Source of the DNA: Nitrospirota bacterium
GTDB lineage: Bacteria > Nitrospirota > UBA9217
Reading direction: 5' to 3'
Assembly (NCBI GenBank): GCA_963741205.1
Contig: CAVUHW010000026.1
Location: forward strand, 1-64,000
Length of the DNA stretch: 64,000 bases
Position numbers and translations under genes: made by a program. Of this stretch, positions 25,156 to 34,934 are shown piece by piece (position 1 is the stretch's first letter; each line of letters starts with the position of its first letter). The notes below the pieces were generated by a model. The model saw only the letters and a program-made list of their open reading frames with translations. It had not been told where the DNA came from and did no database searches.

Positions 25156-25479
25156 ATGAAGAACTCAATCTCAAGACAAACGGCATATATCGGCGCGGGA
25201 TCCGGCCTGGTTCTTTTCGCAATCTTCGGGCTGCTCCCCGGAAGCCTCCTCGGCGGGGCTGCGGGAATCAAATTCGCCGGCATGATCTTCGGGCTTCCGC
25301 TCGATCCGGGCATCGTCTCGAGGGCCATCGTGCTGGCGTCCATGCTTGCAGGCGTGCTGGTCGCAGGAATTGCAATAGTAACCGCAGCGTCAGCCGCGGG
25401 CTGGCTTCTCGGCCGGGTAATCGAGGTTACCGCCCACCACAAAGTTTCGGAGACAGTGGCTGCGGTGAACCATAAATAG
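25156..25479 (+). CDS. Small Gly-rich membrane protein (107 aa), paralogue 1
   Basis: GGAGG RBS; IGAGSGLVLFAIFGLLPGSLLGG; hydrophobic throughout. Confidence 0.8.
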   Translation: MKNSISRQTAYIGAGSGLVLFAIFGLLPGSLLGGAAGIKFAGMIFGLPLDPGIVSRAIVLASMLAGVLVAGIAIVTAASAAGWLLGRVIEVTAHHKVSETVAAVNHK

Positions 25480-25534
25480 GGACAGGATACGTTTATCCTG
25501 AAATTTTACAGCTTCGGCTGAAGGGAGATCAATC

Positions 25535-25849
25535 ATGAAGAATGAAACGGTGAAAACGGGAATGAAAATCGGTGCAACGGTCGGCGGTCTGGTATTCTTG
25601 GTATTCGGCATTATGCCGGGGTTCTACTTCGGGAGCTACGGGACGCTGATCCTGCTCCAGAAGCTGATGGGCGGGACGGTCGAACCGACCCTCGTGGTCC
25701 GCGCGGTTGTGGTTATGGGGATCGTCGTCGGCATCGCATGCGCGGCCGCGGTTAGCATCGTAGTCGGCGGCCTCCTCGGGACGCTTCTGGGATTTGTGGT
25801 GTCCGCTCCGTCGGCGCGGGAGAAGCAGGCGGCCGCAGAGAAAGCATAA
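25535..25849 (+). CDS. Small Gly-rich membrane protein (104 aa), paralogue 2
   Basis: GGGAG RBS; IGATVGGLVFLVFGIMPGFYFG aligns with paralogue 1. Confidence 0.8.
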   Translation: MKNETVKTGMKIGATVGGLVFLVFGIMPGFYFGSYGTLILLQKLMGGTVEPTLVVRAVVVMGIVVGIACAAAVSIVVGGLLGTLLGFVVSAPSAREKQAAAEKA

Positions 25850-25908
25850 TCCCATTGCGGATTGCGGAATAAAAAACGCAAGGGTAGCCTGCGCAAAAGG
25901 TGAGCAAT

Positions 25909-25947
25909 AAAAAAATGCGGTGAATGATCACCGCATTTTTTATTTTT
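25909..25947. terminator. Bidirectional intrinsic terminator
   Basis: aaaaaaatgcggtga-atga-tcaccgcatttttt between convergent genes. Confidence 0.85.
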
Positions 25948-25957
25948 GAAGCACTCT

Positions 25958-27307
25958 TTATCTGCCGGTACTGTGGGGCCGATGCGGTTTGAACGTTCTC
26001 GTGCCTGCGGGGCGGGCCGCGCCGGCAGGATGCGGAGCAGCCGTCCGGGTTGTCGAGGTTGCGTGAGAAGCATGTTGAGGAGCTGTATGAGCGCGGCTCC
26101 CCGCGGACTTCGTCCCAACCTGCACCCTGCGCCGCTGCGGTTCCCGCGGCGGACGGGCGAATTCAGTGTCCCGTGCCGGCGCCGCCTTATGGTAATCGAA
26201 GCCCTTCAGCGTTCGGCGCTCGATCTTTTCCCCGAGAACACGCTCGATGCCGCGAACCAGCGGCTCGTCCTCGCGGGTGATGAAGGTGAACGCGTCCCCT
26301 GTTTTGGCCGCGCGACCGGTGCGGCCGATGCGGTGCGTGTAGGCATCCGTCGTGTCCGGCATATCGTAGTTGATGACGTGGGAAATGCTCGAGACATCGA
26401 TGCCGCGGGCGGCGATATCGGTCGCAACGAGGATTTGATAGGAGCCGTCGCGGAACCCGTCGAGCGCCGCCTGGCGCTTGTTCTGCGACAGGTTGCCCTG
26501 GAGCGAGGCGGCCTTGTAGCCCGCCTTTTCGAGCTGCTGCCCGATGCGCTTGGCCCGGTGTTTCGTGCGCGTAAATATCAGGATGGATTCAGTGTCCGTA
26601 TGTTTCAAGAGCTCCAGAAGGAGCGCCGTCTTCAGGTGCTGCTCGACCGGATAGAGGGCGTGCGACACGGTATTCGCCGGTGCGGTATGGCCGACCTGCA
26701 CCGTGACCGGGTTATGCTGCACCTCGTGCACCAGCTTCCGGATATCGTCGGGCATAGTGGCCGAGAACAGCAGCGTCTGGCGCTTGGCCGGCACGTGCTT
26801 GATGATCCTCCGGATATCGGGAAGAAATCCCATATCGAACATCCGGTCCGCCTCATCCAGGACAAGGACTTCCAGATGGGACAGGTCGATCGTCTTCTGG
26901 TTGATGTGATCGAGCAGGCGTCCGGGGCAGGCCACGACGATCTCGACCCCGCCGCGGAGTTTCTGAATCTGGGGGTTCACGCCGACGCCGCCGTAGACGG
27001 TAACGCTGTGCAGTTTCGTGTCGCGCCCGAGCGCGACGATTGCCACGTGGATCTGTTCGGCCAGTTCGCGCGTGGGGGCGATGATCAGCGCGCGGACCCG
27101 CCCGCGCGGTCCCGAAAGCAGGCGCTCCAGGATCGGCAGCACGAAGGCCGCCGTTTTACCGGTCCCGGTCTGCGCCAGACCCATGACATCCCTCCCCTCC
27201 AGGACCGGCGGGATGGCCTGGAGTTGGATAGGGGTCGGCGTGAGATAGCCGAGCGCCTTGATGCCGGCTGCAATACTGTGGTGGAACTTGAATGATTCGA
27301 ATTTCAC
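25958..27307 (-). CDS. rhlE: DEAD-box RNA helicase (RhlE-like)
   Basis: AQTGTGKT, PTRELA, DEAD, SAT, ARGID, HRIGRTGRA; basic C-terminal tail. Confidence 0.9.
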   Translation of the reverse strand: MKFESFKFHHSIAAGIKALGYLTPTPIQLQAIPPVLEGRDVMGLAQTGTGKTAAFVLPILERLLSGPRGRVRALIIAPTRELAEQIHVAIVALGRDTKLHSVTVYGGVGVNPQIQKLRGGVEIVVACPGRLLDHINQKTIDLSHLEVLVLDEADRMFDMGFLPDIRRIIKHVPAKRQTLLFSATMPDDIRKLVHEVQHNPVTVQVGHTAPANTVSHALYPVEQHLKTALLLELLKHTDTESILIFTRTKHRAKRIGQQLEKAGYKAASLQGNLSQNKRQAALDGFRDGSYQILVATDIAARGIDVSSISHVINYDMPDTTDAYTHRIGRTGRAAKTGDAFTFITREDEPLVRGIERVLGEKIERRTLKGFDYHKAAPARDTEFARPPREPQRRRVQVGTKSAGSRAHTAPQHASHATSTTRTAAPHPAGAARPAGTRTFKPHRPHSTGR

Positions 27308-27422
27308 TGGTACTCCTTATTTGTTTAATACGTTATCGTAACCCCGTTGGACCTTTTCAACAACAAAAATCCCGCATGAGCCTTCCTTATTGTTCCTTCA
27401 TTTCCCTCCGGAAAAGGGACAT

Positions 27423-27452
27423 AAAAAAAGCCCCGGATCGCTCCGGGGCTTT
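27423..27452 (-). terminator. Intrinsic terminator after csp
   Basis: aaaagccccgga-gcga-tccggggcttttttt on minus strand. Confidence 0.85.
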
Positions 27453-27492
27453 TGGAGTTTTTTAGATTAAAGTATTTTTCTCCGAAAAATGG

Positions 27493-27693
27493 CTAGACTT
27501 TGCTGACGTTCGCTGCCTGAAGGCCCTTGGGGCCCTTTACAACTTCGAAGGTCACCTTGTCGCCTTCGTTCAGGGACTTGAAACCGTCACCCGTGATCGC
27601 CGAAAAATGCACGAACACATCCTCGCCGTTCTCCTGCGTGATGAAGCCAAACCCCTTGCTGTTGTTGAACCACTTCACTACACCGTTTGCCAT
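27493..27693 (-). CDS. csp: Cold-shock protein
   Basis: [32 protein letters not shown]. Confidence 0.97.
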   Translation of the reverse strand: MANGVVKWFNNSKGFGFITQENGEDVFVHFSAITGDGFKSLNEGDKVTFEVVKGPKGLQAANVSKV

Positions 27694-27754
27694 TTCTGAT
27701 TCTCCTCTGCTTCCTTTTTAAATTTTATCCGGGAATGAATCCACGGACGAGTAA

Positions 27755-27783
27755 AGCATACATGAGTATTTCCGGCATGTCAA
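27755..27783 (-). promoter_or_regulatory. Sigma-70-type promoter for csp
   Basis: TTGACA-N17-TATGCT. Confidence 0.75.
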
Positions 27784-27830
27784 GCTGATTATTTGAAAAA
27801 ACTTTCATAATACACAATAAAAAAAGAGGG

Positions 27831-30800
27831 TTACGATTGTTTCGTCGACTTATAAGCCTTTGCCTGGTGCATGAACGCCTCGAGCCTCGTTATGGTCTGG
27901 GTGTCGCCCTGGCCTTCATAGGCGATGTTCAGGAGGGGGATATTGTTGTAGTCTTCCCGCACGCGTTTGAGGACGGCCGTCGCGATCGTGCCGGGCATGC
28001 AGGTGAAGGGCATCACGTTCACGATGCCGGAAACGCCCCGGTTGATGTAATCGATGGCCTTGCCCACGGACAGCACGGCCTCTCCTTCGAAGGAATGGTG
28101 TATATAGGGCCGGGCCGCGCGGAGGGTCTTTTCGATGCTCGGTTCGCGGAGGCTCCGAAGCCTCCCATTGAAGCTGGCGAGAAATCTCTGCTCGTCTTTG
28201 TGCTGCACGCGGCCGGTCAGGTATGCCTTGAGCAGGTCCTTGAAGGAACGGTTCATCACGGCTGACGCCTTGGCCGTGGCATTTACGTACAGGAGCCATT
28301 CCGATATGGGGGCAACCCAGGCCTCGCCCCCGAGTTGCTCGATCCGGCGCACGACGTCCTCGTTGCTGAACCGGTTCGAGCGGATATAGATCTCTCCCAC
28401 GATGCCGATCACGGGCCGGGAGCGCTCGTTTATGCCGACGGCCATGAAATCATCATATGCATTGCGCAGCACCGGCGCGAGGTCCTGCCGCTTCTCGATG
28501 GTGGCGATCACGGCGTCGAGCGATTTCTGGTATACGCGGTCAGTCTGGCCTTTCTGCTTTCTCGTAGGGCCGCGTCTCCCACAGCGCCTTCTGGAGCATG
28601 TCCACGGCGAACACGCCCCGCCAGCTCATGAGCACGAAATTCCTGTCCAGGGCGCGCACGTCGTCATGGAGCGATTCGTCCTGCATCGGCGACATGATCT
28701 CGACCCGCTCGAGCCCGAGTTTGTCGAGCACCTGGCGGTGGTAACGGTGGTACTGGCCGAACCTGCACGGCCCCCTGCCCGTGGGCATGAAAAAAGCGCT
28801 CTTGTCCGGATCGAACCCGGGGCGGCGCGTCGCCTTGATCATGTCGCCGGTAGTAAGCGCCAGGGGATAACACTCTCGTCCCGAGCTGTGCTCCCTGCCG
28901 ATCCGCACGGTCTCGTCGTCCGATTCCGGCAGCACCTCGGCCTCCACGCCGCAGGCCCGAAACGCGGCAGCGAGGGCGTGGGCGTGGTCGGTCATGGGCG
29001 GCAGGTAGACCTTCTTCGCATGGAGCGAGCCATTGCCATTGCCGCGAGCTCTGCTTTTGACGGCAAGGACGTGCCTTCGGCCTGTCGCCGTTCACGTTCT
29101 GCAGGCTGTCCAGGAACGCCTCGATCCTCGTGATCGCACCTGCATCGGCGCTGTGCTCATCGATCTCGAGCTGGAGAAAGGGCTTGCTCAGCCATTTCCT
29201 TGCGGAAGAAATGGGTGATGAACGAATCAGGGCCGCATCCGAAGTTGGTAATGTAGAGCGGGGACAGTCCGGGATGATCTTTCACGAGGACGTGCCGCGG
29301 CCATGATCTTCTGCCCCGACCTCCAGTACATGTCCTCCTGCCCCGAAAGATCGACATCATGGACCGGAAGAAAATCCATGGGGATCGCCTGGACGCCGAG
29401 GTCGCGGATCTTGGATGGCAGGTTCATGTTCAAGCCCGTGTCGCAGGTATTGTAGTTCCTGCCGATGAGGACCAGCGCTTTTTCTCCGGGCTTGATCGCT
29501 GACAGCACCTCCTGCCCGCGCTTTTCAACGGCACGAGTGAAATTGTTCCTGCGCCTTCCACGCGATCCGCTGCGCCCGCGCCACTTCCGCCCGGCCTTTT
29601 CCGAGGGCCTTGCCGATTGCTTGCATGCTCTTATTGAACTGGCGTTGATCGTGCAGAAAGAGAACGGGCTCGATTGTCTTCGTATCGCCGAAACGGATCG
29701 CAGCCTTCGCGATATAGGGAAAGGCCTGGGCATAGGGACAGGCCTGGGCATTCTTCGCCTGGTCGTGCACAACGGGGAAGCGGATAAAGCTCGGCAGGAA
29801 GAGAACGTCAACTTTTTTATCCAGAAGGTCCAGGAGATGCCCCAGGCCGACTTTGGCGGGGAAGCACGTCTCGGCAACCGTGGCCTCCAGAGACCGGTTG
29901 ATCAGCGGCCGGTTCGTTCTTTCCGACAAGACAACGCGGTACCCAAGCTCGCTGAAAAAGTTCTGCCAAAAGGGGAGGAAGTCGTTGACATACAACATTC
30001 GCGGAATGCCGATCGTGGGGGCCTTGTCGTCGACCGGTCGCACGATGACCGCCTTCTCAAGCAACTGCTCCCGCTCGGCAAAGAGGTCGGGAAGGGCCCC
30101 TGCCAGCGTGTTCTTTTTCTTGACGTCGTACTTCTCGCACCGGCTGCCGTAGAAGAGCGGCTTCTCGCCGTCGAAACTCACCCTCTTGATATCGCAGCGG
30201 TTCGCGCATTCGGCGCACTCGAAGGTCGTTACGGAGTAGGCCCGCTTGGAAAGGTCGAAGCCCTTGAAGGTGCTTTTGCCGCTTCCCGCCCGCATGGCGA
30301 GGATGGCCGCGCCTATCGCGCCGGTTACCTCATGGTGCGGCGGAACGGTGATGGGCTTGCCCGTAATGGTCTCGAAGGCGGACACTACCGCTCTGTTCGC
30401 GGCGACGCCGCCCTGAAAAAAGATGCGGTCGCCGACGCGCTTCCCCGCCACGACCTTGTTCAGGTAATTATAGGCAATGGAGTACGCGAGGCCGGCAGTC
30501 AGCTCCTCCACCCCCGACCCGGTGTTCATGGAATGGACGAGGTCCGACTCCATGAATACGGTGCAGCGCTCTCCGAACCTGCAGGGCGATTCGGAGCAAA
30601 AGGCCCGGCTCTCGAACTCCTGCTTGATACGGATGCCGAGCCGCTCGGCCTGCTCTTCGAGGAACGATCCGGTCCCGGCTGCGCAGGCCTTGTTCATCTC
30701 GAAGTCCACCACCGCACCGCCGGAAAGGCTGATAAACTTCGAGTCCTGCCCGCCGATCTCGAAGATGGTGTCCACCAGGGGGTCGATCACGGCCGCCGCC

Positions 30801-32027
30801 GTGGCCTGCGCCGTGATCTCGTTCCTGACCACGTCGGCGCCGATCATGTCCCCGGTCAGATACCGGCCCGAGCCCGTGGTCCCGGCGCCGATGATTGTCA
30901 CGCGCGATCCGATCTCATCGCCGACCTCGGCAAGACCTTGTTTCACCGCCTCGATGGGCCTCCCTGCCGTGGGAAGGTAGCGCTTGGAAAGCACACGCAT
31001 TTTTTTGTCGATGACGACCACGTTCGTAGACACCGAGCCGACGTCCACGCCGAGGTAGGCTTCGATGAGCCCACCCTTGCCGGTGGCTCCGTCCTGATCC
31101 GGATTCGACATGATGCCCCGCGGCTGGGTGAGCTGGCTCATGCCGCTGGGGACCCTCTCTTCAGTCGCCGCCAGCACGGCGGCAAGCGCCGCGGCGCCGA
31201 GATAGACGCCGGCCTGTCCGCGCTGCTCGTGGACCATGAGCGCGGCGCCGATGGCGCCGGAGGTGTTGAAGTGCTCCGGAACCGTGATACCCCTCGTCAG
31301 GCAGTTTCAGCACATCGCGGAAGGCCCTGCGCATGCCGATGTTTGCCGCCACGCCGCCTAGAAAAAGGAGCGGTGTGGGAAACTTCTTGCCTTTGCCCAC
31401 GGTTGCCTTGAAATTCCTCGCCATGGCGTAGCAGAGTCCCGCGACAATGTCGTGGACGGGGGTCGCGATCTGCTGGAGGTGGATCATGTCGCTCTTCGCG
31501 AATACGCTGCACCGGCCGGCGACGCGCGGCGGCGTCTTGGACTTCAGGGCGATGGCGCTGAACTCCTCGATCGTGAGATGAAGGCGGTTCGCCTGCTGGT
31601 CCAGGAACGACCCCGTGCCCGCGGCACAGGCCGTGTTCATGGAAAAATCTTCGATCTTGACGCCGCCGGACGCTTTGTCCCGGGCAAGAGTAATGAGCTT
31701 CGCATCCTCGCCGCCCATCTCGATAATGGTCCTGGCATCGGGATGAAAAACGCGCGCAAAGGCCGACTGGGCGAGGATCTCGTTGATGAAAAGCGCGCCG
31801 ATGGTCGCGGATACCTGTTTGCCTCCGCTGCCCGTAATGCCTGCAGCCTTGACATTGCTTTCCGGAAATCGAGAGGACAACGCCTTAAGTTGGGTGAGGA
31901 GGGTATTGAGCGGATCGCCCATGATCCGCGTGCATTTTTCCAAGAGCAACCGCCGCTCCCCGTCGAGGACCGCGGTCTTGATTGTCACCGAGCCGACATC
32001 GATACCGAGAAAGAGTTCTGTGTGCAT
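27831..32027 (-). CDS. ~1400-aa acyl-CoA dehydratase-activase/DUF2229 protein (PlsA/Ger-like), ~5 frameshifts
   Basis: Two ASKHA activase domains (GIDVGS, GGEDAK/GGQDSK, CAAGTGSFL, RCSVF/RCTVF), C..C.N.C linker, CFPAK, CPY, NFGCGPD, ECYP, GPCRFGQY, VGEIYIR, PFTCMPG. Confidence 0.82.
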
Positions 32028-32110
32028 GATCCTAACCTTGCATGTGGATTTTTGTCCTCTGATGAATAGTACGAGGATCAAGGGACTCAAAAAGGTGCAT
32101 ATGGGTTAGC

Positions 32111-32139
32111 ATTATAGTCAGAACATGCCTGATAGTCAA
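32111..32139 (-). promoter_or_regulatory. Sigma-70-type promoter
   Basis: TTGACT-N17-TATAAT. Confidence 0.7.
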
Positions 32140-32353
32140 TACTCATCGCGTCTGTGTGCGTCTGTGGCCTATTGAACAAGGGAAAACGCAGCGGAAAAAA
32201 ATATGCGGTTCTTGTAAAAGGTGCTATAATGCAATCTAAAAAATCTGCCCCCCTTCGGGAAAAACTAAGAAGGCCATAGAAAGCGAGACGGGCAGACCGG
32301 CGATCGATCGCCCGGGGGAACAGATTCATCAGGGAACGGGGAGGCATGACATC

Positions 32354-33052
32354 ATGCAGAATAAGAGATTGCATAAAAGATTCGATCTCATCGAAATTCA
32401 GGGCAAGATGACCATGGCAAATAAAGTGGAAATCATGGACATCGGCCTCGGCGGAATTGCCGTCAAAGCGGATCGAAAGCTTGATGTCGGAAGGGAATTT
32501 ACGATCAGACTCGGCGACAGGGGAAATGCGATCGATGTCAGGTGCATGGTAGTTCGTTCCACCCTGTCCGGGATGGAAAAAGGAGTCGACGGAGAAAACG
32601 TCTTGATCTACGCGGCAGGCATGAAATTCATGCAAGGATCGGAAGATAAGATCAAGGCGTTTTTGGAATCGGTTGAGCCTCGCGCGAAGGCGGACGTATC
32701 GCCGACGGCGGAGCGGAGGCGCACGGTCAGGTTCCAAATAACCGCTCCCCAGGAAAAATTGTTGCTCTATCCCGAGAATTTCAAGGTGCAAGACATCGAC
32801 CTCGGCGGCATGCTCATCCTCGCGGATCAGTTCCTGGAAAAAGACAGCATGGTCCCTATGGCATTGCAACTCGATGATGAAAATAATCTCGATTTCATCG
32901 GCCGGATTTTCTCATGCAGGAAAGCGGAAGAGAAAGGGCAGGCATTCTATGCGATACAGGTGACGTTCTCAGGCCTGATGGATAAGGACAGGGACATGCT
33001 AAAAACCTTCATAAGCTACCTGGTTACCAATCACAAAGAGGAAATATCGTAG
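32354..33052 (+). CDS. Tandem PilZ-domain protein
   Basis: RxxxR (KRLHKRF, ERRRTVRF) and DIxLGG motifs twice. Confidence 0.8.
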   Translation: MQNKRLHKRFDLIEIQGKMTMANKVEIMDIGLGGIAVKADRKLDVGREFTIRLGDRGNAIDVRCMVVRSTLSGMEKGVDGENVLIYAAGMKFMQGSEDKIKAFLESVEPRAKADVSPTAERRRTVRFQITAPQEKLLLYPENFKVQDIDLGGMLILADQFLEKDSMVPMALQLDDENNLDFIGRIFSCRKAEEKGQAFYAIQVTFSGLMDKDRDMLKTFISYLVTNHKEEIS

Positions 33053-33121
33053 TTTGTCATGTTCCGAGTTGGACGAGGCACCAGAGAGGACCGGTCCTGA
33101 CTCCGCCACCTGAATCGTTTT

Positions 33122-34183
33122 TTACCGCGGCACTACCGGATATTGGAATGCAGCATCCTCGACGCCCGAGAGCGCCTCGACAAGAAAGGTCCTGAGAAGC
33201 CTCTTTTCCTGACCGGTGAGTCCGAGAGGACTGACGACCGTGTTGCCCTTTCCCCCGCCCCCGTCGAAAAAATCGATTACCTCATCAAGCGTCTGGAAAA
33301 TGCCATTATGCATGTACGGCCCTGTCTTCGCTATTTCCCGCAGCGTCGGCGTCCTGAATGCCTTCCAATCTTTCCTGTCTTTCGTTATGAGGAACCTTCC
33401 AGGGTCCTCGGTCAAGTCCCGGTAGTCCTCGTAGCGATAGACCTTGGCCACGAATCGGCGCGTTGCTGCGATTCTCGGGTCGGACCGGTGCTCGGGGTTC
33501 TCGGGAACGTTCAAGGCATGGAACTTATCATCCGACAGGTTTACGCCGTAGTGGCATTCCCCACACCGCCCCTTTCCCGTGAATATCGCGAGCCCGGCCC
33601 TGGCGTCATCGGAGAGGGCCGCTCTTTCGCCTTTCAGGAAGCGGTCCAGCGGCGCGTCCACGGACAGGATCGTCCTCTCAAAGGCAGCGATGGCCATGGC
33701 GATCCTTTGGCGCGTGGGTTCGTCTCCGAACACCTTCCGGAAGGCGCCGACATACTCCGGTACGGACCGGATCACTTCCTCGAGAAAATCGAGGTTCCGG
33801 TTCATCTCGAAGGCCGACATCATGGGGAAGAGCGCCTGGTCCTCCAGGGTCAGGGCGCGTCCGTCATGAAAAAGATATTTCTGGAAGGCCACATTGACGA
33901 GCGTCGGCGCGTTTCGCCAGTTTCTCGTCGTAGGATAGCTGAGCGACAGTTCAAGGCCGTCGGTATAGGCCTTCTCCGGGTCGTGACAGGTGGCGCAGCT
34001 CATCGTGCCGTCGCCCGAAAGCCTCCGGTCGAAAAAAAGCTTCTTGCCCAACTCGATCTTTTCCGGCGTCTGAGGGTTCTGCGCGGGAATCGTAACAGAG
34101 CGGAGCGGTTCAAGGTCTCCAGCGAGCGTTGTACCCGCCAGAAGAGTCATAATTCCAAGCATTGCAATCACGCGCAACAGCAT
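33122..34183 (-). CDS. Diheme cytochrome c peroxidase/MauG family protein
   Basis: Signal peptide, LGKKLFFDRRLS, CATCH, RNAPT, CGECH, FRTPTLR, PYMHNG. Confidence 0.9.
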   Translation of the reverse strand: MLLRVIAMLGIMTLLAGTTLAGDLEPLRSVTIPAQNPQTPEKIELGKKLFFDRRLSGDGTMSCATCHDPEKAYTDGLELSLSYPTTRNWRNAPTLVNVAFQKYLFHDGRALTLEDQALFPMMSAFEMNRNLDFLEEVIRSVPEYVGAFRKVFGDEPTRQRIAMAIAAFERTILSVDAPLDRFLKGERAALSDDARAGLAIFTGKGRCGECHYGVNLSDDKFHALNVPENPEHRSDPRIAATRRFVAKVYRYEDYRDLTEDPGRFLITKDRKDWKAFRTPTLREIAKTGPYMHNGIFQTLDEVIDFFDGGGGKGNTVVSPLGLTGQEKRLLRTFLVEALSGVEDAAFQYPVVPR

Positions 34184-34237
34184 GTTCCCGCCCTCCCTGC
34201 CCTTGCGGATTGACGCCCCCCATTCCGCAATTGGATA

Positions 34238-34825
34238 TCAGCGCTTCGCCGCCAGTTCCTCGTCGATGATTTTTTTGAAATATTCAAAGGGCAGTGCGCC
34301 GATGACTTTCCGCCCGTTTATGAAGAACGTGGGGGTGCTGTAAAGGTTCATGTCGACCGCAAGTTTTTCGTCCTGATCAATTTCCTTCGCATGCTTTTGG
34401 GTGTCCAGCGATTCGGTAAACTTTTTTACATTAAGCCCGAGCTTCCGCGCATAGGCGATGAGGTTCTTCCGGTCGAGCTTCGGAGACTGCTTAAGCATAA
34501 GATCGTGCATCTCCCAGTACTTGTCCTGGTCCCTCGCGGCGAGAGAGGCTTCAGCAGCCAGATGAGAGTAGTCGCGGTAAATGTAGGGATAGTTCTTGAT
34601 TACGAGCCGCACCTTGCCTTTATAGACCTCGGTGATCTTTTTGACGGTCGGACCGGCCGCCGCACAGTGCGGTCATTGGAAATCAAGAAATTCGATGATC
34701 GTCACAGGGGCATCGGCGGGTCCCATTGCCGGAGAGTCCCCAATAGGGACGGAATAGCGCTTCTCGTCCGCATGGGAATAACCGGCAAGGCACAAAAGCA
34801 GGATCACGAACGCTAGTCTTTTCAT
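34238..34825 (-). CDS. Exported DsbA/thioredoxin-fold protein with in-frame UGA (selenocysteine, UPHC)
   Basis: GPADAPVTIIEFLDFQ-TGA(34673-34675)-PHC continues in the same frame to STPTFFING; SECIS-like hairpin follows. Confidence 0.85.
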
Positions 34826-34847
34826 GAAGGGACTCCTTTGATTGAAA

Positions 34848-34892
34848 GAAAAAAAGCCCATTTGCAGTATTTTGAACCACAAATGGGCTTTC
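34848..34892 (-). terminator. Intrinsic terminator downstream of acs
   Basis: aaagcccatttg-N15-caaatgggcttt followed by T-tract. Confidence 0.75.
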
Positions 34893-34896
34893 TCAA

Positions 34897-34925
34897 AGTA
34901 TAAACAGCACGTCGTAGTATGTCAA
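34897..34925 (-). promoter_or_regulatory. Sigma-70-type promoter upstream of the selenoprotein gene
   Basis: TTGACA-N17-TATACT. Confidence 0.65.
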
Positions 34926-34934
34926 GGAACCCTG

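Noticed and set aside
25946-27295. 449-aa plus-strand ORF opposite the helicase (likewise 29465-31411, 37649-39061, 46986-48323, 59820-61694)
   Set aside because: Antisense shadow ORFs produced by GC-rich codon bias of the real genes; no motifs of their own.
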